Positions 56,059 through 64,000 of a stretch of 64,000 nt of DNA are shown here, in pieces (within the stretch, counting starts at the first letter, position 1; the number at the start of each line of letters is the position of its first letter). Made by a program: the position numbers and the translations under genes. The stretch comes from Pseudanabaenaceae cyanobacterium. Its GTDB lineage: Bacteria > Cyanobacteriota > Cyanobacteriia > Pseudanabaenales > Pseudanabaenaceae. The stretch is taken from positions 80,755 to 144,754 of the forward strand of contig JBKBMU010000005.1 in assembly GCA_046295715.1 (NCBI GenBank). The letters are read 5' to 3'. The notes beneath the pieces were generated by a model. The model made no database searches. It worked only from the letters and a program-made list of their open reading frames with translations, and had not been told where the DNA came from.

Positions 56059-57166
56059 ATGGATATTACGGAAATTAAACGACATTTGCAATTGCTCCAA
56101 CAGCGACTGGGCAAAGCCCAGGACTATCTTTGACCTGCCACGGCTGTCAGCACAGATTCATGACCTAGAGCAGAGGGCGGCTCAGCCCGATTTGTGGTCA
56201 GACCCCCAGCAGGCACAGAAAATTTTGCGGGAACTGGATGCCAGCAAAGCCCAGCTACACAACTGGAAAGCTTGGCAAGACACCATTGGCAACCTAGAAG
56301 CCATGGTGGAGTTGCTGACCCTAGAAACCGACCCCGCCCTTGTGAGCGAAGCAGAACAACATATCCAGTCTCTGACCCAATCCCTCGATCGCTGGGAATT
56401 GGAACAGTTACTAGGGGGCGAGTATGACCAGCGGGATGCGATCCTGACCATCAATGCGGGGGCAGGGGGCACAGATGCCCAAGATTGGGCAGAAATGCTG
56501 TTGAGAATGTACACCCGCTTTTGCGAGGCAAGGGGCTACCAAGTGGAACTGTCTGATCTGTCGGAAGGAGAGGAGGCGGGGATCAAGTCCGCTACCTTGG
56601 TGGTGCGGGGGCGCTATGCCTATGGCTACTTGATCGCTGAAAAAGGCACCCATCGCCTTGTCCGCATCTCCCCCTTCAATGCCAACGACAAACGCCAGAC
56701 CAGTTTTGCAGGGGTGGAAGTGATGCCCCTAATTGAGGATGAAATTGATCTGGAAATCGATCCCAAAGACTTGGAAATCTCCACCAGTCGCTCCGGCGGC
56801 AAGGGCGGGCAAAATGTAAACAAAGTAGAAACTGCGGTGCGCATCACCCACCTGCCCACAGGCATTTCCGTCAGGTGTTCCCAAGAGCGATCCCAGTTGC
56901 AGAACAAAGAAAAAGCTATGCAAATTCTCAAAGCCAAGCTACTAGTAATTGCCAAAGAACAGCGCGCCCAGAAAATTTCAGACATTCGCGGCGACATGGT
57001 AGAAGCGGCATGGGGCAACCAAATCAGGAACTATGTATTTCATCCGTACCAACTGGTCAAAGACCTGCGCACTGGTGTAGAAACCACCAATATCCAAGAG
57101 GTGATGAATGGCAAACTCGATCCTTTTATTGAGGCTTATTTACGGCAACAAACTGCACCTAACTAG
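56059..57166 (+). CDS. prfB: peptide chain release factor 2 (requires programmed +1 frameshift at 56128-56133)
   Basis: Frame 0 reads ATG 56059 [24 protein letters not shown] then TGA at 56131. The +1 frame from 56132 continues [22 protein letters not shown]... and includes SPF and [16 protein letters not shown] (GGQ motif). The site is the classic CTT TGA C. Confidence 0.93.
56120..56134 (+). promoter_or_regulatory. RF2 autoregulatory +1 frameshift site (SD-like AGGA, slippery CTT, in-frame TGA C)
   Basis: The sequence is AGGActatCTTTGAC. The internal Shine-Dalgarno-like AGGA lies 4 nt before CUU, and UGA is followed by C. Confidence 0.85.
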
Positions 57167-57199
57167 CGTCAGAATGCCAACCGATACGACGCTGATGCT

Positions 57200-57619
57200 A
57201 TGGTGAACTTTTCGGCTGGTTTGCTCATGTTTTTAATATCTGTACTGGGGGAGGGGGTAGTTGCCCAAGCCCCTGTGCTTACTTTTACGGAAAATCAGAT
57301 CGACCGCTATGTAGCCGCAGTGCGGTCGATCGAGCGCAAGCGGGAAGAAGTACTCAGGCGCGCCAAAAACAGTGAAAACTGGGCGATCGCTGTGCAGTTA
57401 GCGGAAACTCACAATCGTGATATTTGCCGTGTGCCCCCTGAACAGCAACCTGCCAACATCCGAGTCCTGTGTCGGGAATTACTGGAATTTTCCGAGCGAG
57501 AAATCCGCAGGCATGGTTTGACCAACCGGGAGTTTAACCAGATCACCCAGGGCCTGCAACAGGACAAACAGCTACAGGCAAGGATTCAGCTCAGACTACT
57601 TAAACTCAGAAACCCCTAG
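57200..57619 (+). CDS. hypothetical secreted protein (possibly DUF4168-like)
   Basis: 139 aa with a signal-like N-terminus and a helical charged body. The family assignment is tentative. Confidence 0.45.
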   Translation: MVNFSAGLLMFLISVLGEGVVAQAPVLTFTENQIDRYVAAVRSIERKREEVLRRAKNSENWAIAVQLAETHNRDICRVPPEQQPANIRVLCRELLEFSEREIRRHGLTNREFNQITQGLQQDKQLQARIQLRLLKLRNP

Positions 57620-58038
57620 CGACGCACCGTACCTGTAAAGCCTACCGCCTTGAATTTTTCTAGCTTGAGGGGCGGGGGCTGATCCCTAGGTACGCTGAGC
57701 ATAATTTGGAATTCACTTTCCCCAGGGGGAATGACATCCACCGAGCCCAGTCTGCCCCGCTCTGGCAGTACATCATTGCCATTGGCATCATAGACCCGCC
57801 CAAATACATCAGCATTGTAAATGGTCTTGTTGGAAGGATTGACGGCTGTGCCTTTGATCATGTAGCAAGTAGCAGGCATTGTGCCGCCCCCCAAAACTAG
57901 GTTTTTGCCACCCTCCCCTTGACAGGGTTCATAGGTGAGATTCTTGATTTTGATTTTTACATCTGCTGAGGCAGGGTCAGCAGTGAATACCCCCCAGCAG
58001 AATAGCAACAGCAAAACTATGCCCCAAACTTTACCCAT
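57616..58038 (-). CDS. hypothetical secreted protein
   Basis: The track ORF reaches 58074, but ATG 58038 (MGKVWGIVLLLLFCWGVFTADPASA) gives a clean signal peptide preceded by AGGGG. It also removes the overlap with the upstream gene. Confidence 0.5.
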   Translation of the reverse strand: MGKVWGIVLLLLFCWGVFTADPASADVKIKIKNLTYEPCQGEGGKNLVLGGGTMPATCYMIKGTAVNPSNKTIYNADVFGRVYDANGNDVLPERGRLGSVDVIPPGESEFQIMLSVPRDQPPPLKLEKFKAVGFTGTVRR

Positions 58039-58048
58039 AGGTGTACCC

Positions 58049-58555
58049 CTAGCTGTTGAGATCGCCGCCGCCAATGCGCCCCCGCACTAGGTCATCAGGG
58101 GTAATGTCCGCCAGAAACTCCCTAAAGGCGCGCCGTTCTGCTTCATCTGCCTCTCTATCTACAGGGATCGATGCCTCTAGCACTACTTCCTCCATCACCC
58201 AAATCGGACAACGGGCACGCAGAGCCAGCGCGATCGCATCACTGGGGCGGGCATCGATTTCCCGCTTCGTTTCCCCATCTTGCAGCAGAATCACTGAATA
58301 AAAAGTGCCATTTTTGAGAGAGTGGATCACCACCTTGTCCACTGTTACCCCACAGGCATCCAGCATATTCAATAGTAGATCGTGGGTCATGGGGCGGGGC
58401 GTGGGTTTAGGGTCAAGGGCGCGGATGATCGCATGGGCTTCCACCTCACCAATCCAGATCGGTAAATTGCGTCGATCGGCTGTATCTCTTAGTAGCACGA
58501 TCGGGTTGCGACTCCCAGCGTCAATAGCGATCCCAACTACCTTCATCTCGATCAT
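58049..58555 (-). CDS. bifunctional nuclease (BFN/DUF151) family protein
   Basis: 168 aa carrying VVGIAIDAGSRNPIVLLRD....R.LPIWIG..EA.AI......PRPMTHDLL and DARPSDAIALALR. Confidence 0.8.
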   Translation of the reverse strand: MIEMKVVGIAIDAGSRNPIVLLRDTADRRNLPIWIGEVEAHAIIRALDPKPTPRPMTHDLLLNMLDACGVTVDKVVIHSLKNGTFYSVILLQDGETKREIDARPSDAIALALRARCPIWVMEEVVLEASIPVDREADEAERRAFREFLADITPDDLVRGRIGGGDLNS

Positions 58556-58745
58556 AGTTTGCTCCCTCCAACCGCTTAGCTCCGTAGAGAACTAATATAC
58601 ATCATAACCCTTAGGGGCTTAACCTCTTTTATATTCCTTAAAATCCGCTCGAGTACAGGGACAGGGCGCTTTCACAAGGTCAAGGACAATATAGGCAGAA
58701 ATGGGGGAAATAAATCTGGTTTTGGTAATACCCGCAGCTAATACA

Positions 58746-59199
58746 AACCGGTCTTTATGGGTAAGTACTAATCTTTCAACTCTATTGTCAGTAATTAAAT
58801 TGATGAGCCGCTTTAGCCCCCTTTTAGAGTAGTTCAGCCCACTGCCTAAGTCTTGAATGATTTCTACATCCATTTAAGGCACAAAGCAACTCAACAACTT
58901 CAACTTGCCTATGTAAGTCTTCCTTTTGGTTGTGGCTGGATACACGAGCATAACCTACGGTAAAGGATAATTCCGACTTTATGCCCATTAATTGAGCCAA
59001 ATCATAACAGCGATGACATTCGCGGTTCTTTCCAGTATTAATTTACCGGCAGCCTCCCACCGTCCCAGGGTTTGGGTGGAGACCCCTTTTAATTTTGCCG
59101 CTTGAGAAATAGATAGTTTACTCATAACAATTATTATATACCATAAAAGTATAAGTATGTATAGTTTTGGATAATTTAATAGATTACTGCTACAAACCC
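58746..59199 (-). mobile_element. tnpA: IS607-family element, proximal half (left terminus + tnpA 5' two-thirds, two frameshifts)
   Basis: Minus strand from ATG 59125: MSKLSISQAAKLKGVSTQTLGRWEAAGKL (MerR-type HTH). After a frameshift comes ..HRCYDLAQLMGIKSELSFTVGYARVSSHNQKEDLHRQVEVVELLCALNG (catalytic Ser region). After a second frameshift comes DVEIIQDLGSGLNYSKRGLKRLINLITDNRVERLVLTHKDR. Similarity ends at GGTT (58749-58746). The left terminus GGGTTTGTAGCAG is at 59199. Confidence 0.85.
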
Positions 59200-59247
59200 A
59201 GCCAAGTTGTGATCTGACTAACTATTTTTTTATGGCCAACAAAAAAC

Positions 59248-59268
59248 ATCCCAGAGTTAATCTGGGAT
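59248..59268 (-). terminator. possible orphan rho-independent terminator
   Basis: A perfect 8-bp stem ATCCCAGA/TCTGGGAT with a 5-nt loop is followed on the minus strand by GTTTTTTGTT. No intact gene lies upstream of it on that strand. Confidence 0.35.
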
Positions 59269-59889
59269 AAAATCCAGACCTCTGAAGATCCCTATATCAT
59301 AATTCCCCAAAAATAGAACTAGTTTAGACAATAGTCAGGAAATGCGCAGAAAGCGATGCGGGACCTAGGATTGGTCACCTGTATTCTACATGAATAATCT
59401 TACATAGTTGACTATCATCTTTTTGACAAAGATGGAGATGAAAAAAGCAAGCATGAGCACATCCAAGATATGGTCAAAAGCAAAAGCGTTGAATCTGGGC
59501 ACAAGATTTACATATCAAGCCACAAGAGTCCTAGACAAGAAATGATGGCGCATTGTTGCCTTAATTCTAACTGTAGATAACGAAACTTATCTATCAGTTT
59601 TTATTCGTAAAATACTGGAGTTTCCATTAACTGCAAAATCAAATTTATGGTATTAAAAAGTATAGTATAAAGGGTAGAAGTCCTGGGGGATAAAGGTTAT
59701 CAGGGGATCAAATTGTACTGAAGATGCCGTGATTTCTTCATGCCCTCTCCCAGACAACCCAACCCAGGAGCTTTGGGATCCCAAGCCCAAAAATTTTACT
59801 CTGGGTTGAGTTACTGACATTTACACAGGGGGTCTATCTTGGGTGTGAATTACAATTTACATTTGAACCTTTTATTTCTACGAATATCC

Positions 59890-60471
59890 ATGTTTTCCCA
59901 ACTAAACACACAACTCCAGAAATGCCGAGCGGCGATCGCATTCTATACCGTTTTACCTGTAGTGAGTCAGTCGGAAGAGTTAGCATGGCAGGGGATCGCC
60001 CTCTATGGGCCGTTAGTGGGGGTGGGACTGGGTTTAACTTGGCAGGCTTGGATTGGGTTTGGGAGTCATACAACCAGAGTGGCGGGCTTGGCTGTTAGTG
60101 CTAGTCAATATCTGGCTTACAGGTGGGCTACACCTAGATGGGGGAATGGATACAGCAGATGGGTTGGCAGTGAGTAACCCTGAACGCAGATTAGAAGTGG
60201 GGGCATTCGGGGCTATGGCTCTAGTAGTAATTATTATCAGCAAATGGCTGAGCTTGGCTGTGGTTGATGGTTGGGTACTGCCCAGTGTGATGGCATGCGG
60301 GCAATTCAGGCTTTTCCCTATCTCAAAGCTGCTGGCAAAGGTAAATTCCATCAGGAAGGCATCACTCTGCTGCAAGTGCAGAATATCGGCGCTAGCCTAG
60401 CTGTGAGTATCCTTTGTGAGCATGGGCGATCTCAGTATCGCTGGCAGGTAAGAGAATACCTCGTAAGATAA
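59890..60471 (+). pseudogene. cobS: adenosylcobinamide-GDP ribazoletransferase (cobalamin synthase), at least 2 frameshifts and deletions
   Basis: CobS-like segments lie in three successive ORFs: AAIAFYTVLPV...GPLVGVGLGL (frame of 59839..60177), [37 protein letters not shown] (60053..60400, lacking the usual MKDSR) and [13 protein letters not shown] (60271..60471). The hydrophobic C-terminal third is missing. Confidence 0.75.
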
Positions 60472-60696
60472 TCTGGAACTTACAACCCTTGGGGGAGGGC
60501 AAATTAGTTTCAGTGTTGTTTCCTGGGACACGGGAGAGGAGATATCCTAAATTTGTCTTGTTATTTCACATAAATTTCATTTGAGGAAAAGAAAAATTTC
60601 AACTTCTGTGGTTTACTCGACACATAGATATAGGCTAATCTGTACCCAGTAAAGATTCGGGTTGCCTAAACTAAAGCTTTTGCACTGGTGTGAGAT

Positions 60697-61953
60697 ATGA
60701 ATGCCACTAACTTCAAGGAAGGTCAAACTAAGTCTCAGGGTTGGGGTAGTCAAGTGTTTCGCTGGCTCAGGATTCTCATAGGTGTAGGGCTGGTGGGGAT
60801 CGCTGGTTATCTTCTGTGGCAGAGGCAGAGCCGAGTAGTGAGTCGGGTGGGTTACATCAATGGGGCACTGATTAACATCTATGCGCCGATTACGGGGACG
60901 TTTCGTTTAGAGCCAGTTCATCCGGGAGAAACGCTAACTCAAGGGAAGTTGATTGGTGAGGTCATCAATGAACGGAATTCCCAAATAGAAATTGACATAG
61001 AGGACATGCGTAGCCGTCTGCGGCTGGCCCAGAGTCAATTGCAGACTGTAAACAATCGCCTTGCCAATCGCTCAGCCATGTATTCTGCCCTAGCAGAGAA
61101 AGCCAACCAGCAGTCAGGTTTGGATGTGGCCTTTTTCCAAGCTAATTTGGAAAGAAGTCGCAGTGAATTGAGGGAAGCAGAGGCGAGATTAGAACTAGCA
61201 CGGAAAGAGGTGCAAAGATTTACCAACCTGGCACGAGAAGGGGCAGTGCCCCAGCAACGGGCAGACCAAGCGATCGCTGAAATGAAATCCATTCAGCAGG
61301 TAGTGGAGAGTCGGCGGGCAGAAATACAGCGGAATTTGACTAGCCTAGAGGCTACCCGTGCGGGACTGCAAATTGATTCAGCCCGCACTTTTAGTTTTCC
61401 AGAAATTCGGATGTTGGATTTAACTAGAGAAATCAATGATTTGGAGCAGGAAAAACGGAATCTAGAGGTAACAATTCAGAATTTACAGCGGGAAGTGAAG
61501 AATGGGGAGAAACAATTACAGTTACAGCGATCAGCGGTAATTAGGAATCCCGTAGATACAGTGGTGTGGTCGGTGAATATCCGCACAGGAGCATTGGGGG
61601 CACATGTGGGAGCAGGCACGCTCTTGGTACAGCTGTTGGACTGTCGTGAGGTGTGGGCAACGGCGCTGGTAGCAGAACAGGAAACTAGGAATTTGCGCCT
61701 CAATCAGCGGGCAGAAGTGAGAGTTTTAGATGGTACGAATAGAATTTTCAAGGGTAGAATCAAAGCGATTCGGGGAGGGGTAGGCAGGGTGCCTGTGGGG
61801 ACTGATGTAGCTGTACCACCCAGTGATCTAGTACGGAATGAGATTGAAGTACAGGTGAGTTTGGACGATCGGGGAGCAGAAATTGCTAAAGAGGGGGTTT
61901 TTTGCAGTGTCGGACAGAGTGTGGAAGTCAGTTTTGTCAGGAATAATGAATAA
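60697..61953 (+). CDS. HlyD-family membrane-fusion (periplasmic adaptor) protein
   Basis: 418 aa with an N-terminal TM segment, the barrel-hairpin start VGYINGALINIYAPITGTF, a long coiled-coil and a C-terminal beta-barrel. It lies 2 nt upstream of the cellulose synthase gene. Confidence 0.8.
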   Translation: MNATNFKEGQTKSQGWGSQVFRWLRILIGVGLVGIAGYLLWQRQSRVVSRVGYINGALINIYAPITGTFRLEPVHPGETLTQGKLIGEVINERNSQIEIDIEDMRSRLRLAQSQLQTVNNRLANRSAMYSALAEKANQQSGLDVAFFQANLERSRSELREAEARLELARKEVQRFTNLAREGAVPQQRADQAIAEMKSIQQVVESRRAEIQRNLTSLEATRAGLQIDSARTFSFPEIRMLDLTREINDLEQEKRNLEVTIQNLQREVKNGEKQLQLQRSAVIRNPVDTVVWSVNIRTGALGAHVGAGTLLVQLLDCREVWATALVAEQETRNLRLNQRAEVRVLDGTNRIFKGRIKAIRGGVGRVPVGTDVAVPPSDLVRNEIEVQVSLDDRGAEIAKEGVFCSVGQSVEVSFVRNNE

Positions 61954-61955
61954 CT

Positions 61956-64000
61956 ATGAAACTCCAATTATTGGGACGATCCCTATTTATTACTGGTGGA
62001 ATACTGGTAGGAATATTACTTTTACAGTATGTTGATTACCGTGCCCTTTTAATACTATGGACGGATATTTGGCAGTGGGGCACTTTGTATTTTCGTCCTA
62101 TCGGTTCTAGTTTGGAAGTCTTAGCTCTGCCTGCTCTAGTCTGGTTTGCCTTTGCTTTTTTACTCAAAGAAATTGCTCCCAAGCCCACACCTATTAGCAG
62201 GGTGATTGTGAGTTTGGTAACAGCATTTTGGGGATTGCGCTACCTGTTATGGCGACTATTTTCTAGCTTAAATTTAGATGACCCCCTCAGTGCCACTGTC
62301 TCTATTAGTCTATTTGGTGGTGAGTGTTTGTCTTTGTTGAATTCCATTTTTTTCTATGCCCACACTATCTTCCAGCGCGATCGCTCCCCCGAGGCAGACG
62401 AATGGAGTAAGGCAGTGATAGCGGGGGAATATCTGCCCAGTGTGGATGTGTTGATCCCCACCTACAATGAGGGTATAGAAATCCTGACCAGAACTGTAAT
62501 TGGGTGTCAGGCAATGGATTATCCCAATAAAACTATCTATCTACTGGATGATACCCGCCGTCCTGCGGTGCGAGAATTAGCGAAGGAACTGGGTTGTGAA
62601 TACCGCGATCGCCCTGATAATCGCCATGCCAAGGCGGGAAATATCAATCACGCCCTGCCTACTATTCACAGTGAGTTGATTGCTATTTTTGATGCGGATT
62701 TTGTGCCGTCTAAGAATTTTTTGACCAGAACCGTAGGTTTTTTCCAAGACCCTAAAACGGCTTTGGTACAAACTCCCCAGAACTTCTTCAATGAAGACCC
62801 AGTCTCAGTGAATTTGGGTCTGGAAGGAGTGGTAAATAATGAACAGACTCTGTTTTTTAGATATATTCAACCGAGTCGAGATTTTCTGGATGCGGTGGTG
62901 TGCTGTGGCAGTTGCTTTGTGATGCGCAGGTCAGCTTTGGATGAAATTGGTGGTATTCCCACCGATAGCATTACAGAAGACTATTTTACTAGTCTGAAGA
63001 TGCAGTCCCTAGGCTACAAGGTCAAATACCTAAATGAAGCCCTGTCAGCAGGTCTGGCTCCTGAAACCATTGGTGCATTTGTAAGTCAGCGATTGCGCTG
63101 GGGACAGGGAACACTCCAACTCCTCTTTTCCAAATGGAATTTCTTTACGATCCCCAATTTGAAATGGTGGCAGAGATTGTCCCATTCTCTGAGTATCCTC
63201 TACTGGTTGTTATCCATCCCGAGGGTGATGTTTCTGTTTGCACCCCTGTTGTACTTGCTGTTTGATATTGCTCCCCTCAGAGCCACCATCAATGACATTG
63301 TCTTTTTCTACCTGCCCTACTACCTCAGTGGGGTGATGTGCTTCTCTTGGCTGACGGAAAATCGGCGCTCTGTATTTTGGTCAGATGTCTATGATACGAT
63401 TATGTGCTTGCCTCTGACGATCACTATTGTCAAGACTTTTATTAACCCGCGCAATAAGCCTTTCAAGGTTACTCCCAAGGGGGATGTGGACCCCAATAAG
63501 ATTCGCATCAATTGGATTCTGATTCGTCCGTTGTTGGCGGTGATGATTTTGTCAATTTTAGGTTTGTTTCGCCATGGGTTGGGCTGGACGGATCGGAATG
63601 TGAACTCTGAAAATCTAGCTATCAATATCTTCTGGACGACCTACAACTGTATTTTGCTCACTATCTGCATACTGGCGGCGATCGATGTGCCCCAGCGCAG
63701 GTATCCCCGCTTCAGGCGCACAGAAGCCTGTAAATTGCAGGTACTAGACCAGACTATTGAGGGGCAAACGGTCGATCTCTCTGAAGGGGGGGCATTGGTG
63801 CAGGTGAATTTTTACCCCTATTTCCGCCCCCTGCCGGGCAGGATCACTTTTGTCGAGCCAAGTCCATTGGCGGGGATCACCATGCCTGTAATCATTGAGC
63901 CACGGCGGCAGTACAGCCCCCCTGATACGGTGCGGGTTGGGGTGAAGTTTTTGTGGGTAGAGATTGAGACCCTGCGCCAACTGATTCCTTTGCTCTACTG
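61956..64000 (+). CDS. cellulose synthase catalytic subunit (GT2, BcsA-like) with C-terminal PilZ domain; 3' end outside the window
   Basis: Own translation from ATG 61956; it is not in the ORF track because no stop lies in the window. Motifs seen: VDVLIPTYNE, YLLDDTRR, IFDADFVP, TEDYFTS, QRLRWGQG (63087-63110) and PilZ motifs QRRYPRFRR (63693-63719) and DLSEGGA (63774-63794). Confidence 0.88.
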   Translation, partial: MKLQLLGRSLFITGGILVGILLLQYVDYRALLILWTDIWQWGTLYFRPIGSSLEVLALPALVWFAFAFLLKEIAPKPTPISRVIVSLVTAFWGLRYLLWRLFSSLNLDDPLSATVSISLFGGECLSLLNSIFFYAHTIFQRDRSPEADEWSKAVIAGEYLPSVDVLIPTYNEGIEILTRTVIGCQAMDYPNKTIYLLDDTRRPAVRELAKELGCEYRDRPDNRHAKAGNINHALPTIHSELIAIFDADFVPSKNFLTRTVGFFQDPKTALVQTPQNFFNEDPVSVNLGLEGVVNNEQTLFFRYIQPSRDFLDAVVCCGSCFVMRRSALDEIGGIPTDSITEDYFTSLKMQSLGYKVKYLNEALSAGLAPETIGAFVSQRLRWGQGTLQLLFSKWNFFTIPNLKWWQRLSHSLSILYWLLSIPRVMFLFAPLLYLLFDIAPLRATINDIVFFYLPYYLSGVMCFSWLTENRRSVFWSDVYDTIMCLPLTITIVKTFINPRNKPFKVTPKGDVDPNKIRINWILIRPLLAVMILSILGLFRHGLGWTDRNVNSENLAINIFWTTYNCILLTICILAAIDVPQRRYPRFRRTEACKLQVLDQTIEGQTVDLSEGGALVQVNFYPYFRPLPGRITFVEPSPLAGITMPVIIEPRRQYSPPDTVRVGVKFLWVEIETLRQLIPLLY

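Noticed and set aside
21431-58745. The 37-kb block between the IS607 halves as a genomic island, prophage or integrative element
   Set aside because: It contains no integrase, no phage or conjugation genes and no obvious compositional shift. It is dominated by essential housekeeping genes. Rearrangement of native chromosome is more plausible than foreign DNA.
59430-59745. IS5-type transposase remnant (plus-frame VLGDKGYQG at about 59679-59705)
   Set aside because: Only a 9-aa DDE-region-like motif is present, with stops all around. That is too short to call a feature, although it fits the surrounding IS debris.
59700-59889. Cobalamin riboswitch upstream of cobS
   Set aside because: No B12-box (GCCACTG-like) or conserved core is seen, and the region looks like decayed IS DNA.
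60472-60696. Possible c-di-GMP riboswitch upstream of the HlyD/cellulose synthase operon (GGGCAAA... present)
   Set aside because: Apart from one GGCAAA-like string, I could not find the conserved GEMM elements (paired GNRA/receptor hairpins, ACGCAAAGC-like segment). The evidence is insufficient.
1-64000. CRISPR arrays, rRNA operons, tmRNA/RNase P/SRP RNA
   Set aside because: Scanning the larger spacers (1883-2331, 6338-6859, 22797-23432, 38897-39306, 39484-39822, 53203-53636, 59200-59889) showed no regularly spaced direct repeats. I also recognised no conserved cores of these RNAs.

Overview
Cyanobacterial chromosomal DNA: the HIP1 palindrome GCGATCGC is frequent, and psbK, chlI and the ado/aar alkane operon are present. 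I support about 60 genes, most of them housekeeping: dcd, chlI, hisB, tRNA-Gly(CCC), recJ, gltX, rpmF, ilvC, aroQ, psbK, uvrB and prfB (with its programmed +1 frameshift). Larger functional blocks: (i) An 11.5-kb Pil/Hmp-type chemosensory cluster at 8.6-20.0 kb. Its order is PatA-type RR x2, CheY, CheW, MCP x2, hybrid CheA. It has a duplicated regulator and receptor, a ~475-aa acidic repeat-bearing tail on MCP1, and a duplicated Hpt module in CheA. (ii) The ado-aar hydrocarbon operon. (iii) A HlyD-like gene plus a PilZ-type cellulose synthase at the 3' edge. (iv) Two small uncharacterised signalling/membrane operons at 29.8-33.0 kb and 43.7-46.1 kb. The window also holds much mobile-element debris: IS982-family ends and fragments, IS4-like fragments, MITE-like repeats, a degenerate MNT/HEPN pair and Uma2 copies. 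There are two frameshifted genes: a tandem-FHA ABC transporter broken in an A6 tract, and cobS. The most unusual observation is one IS607-family element (tnpA serine recombinase + tnpB) cut precisely in two. Its halves lie 37.3 kb apart in the same orientation, GGTT is present at both breakpoints, and the reconstructed partner site mimics the IS left terminus. This looks like the footprint of a conservative recombination that relocated a 37-kb block of core genes. No CRISPR array, rRNA or prophage was seen. All calls come from reading the sequence and translations by eye; no database search was run.
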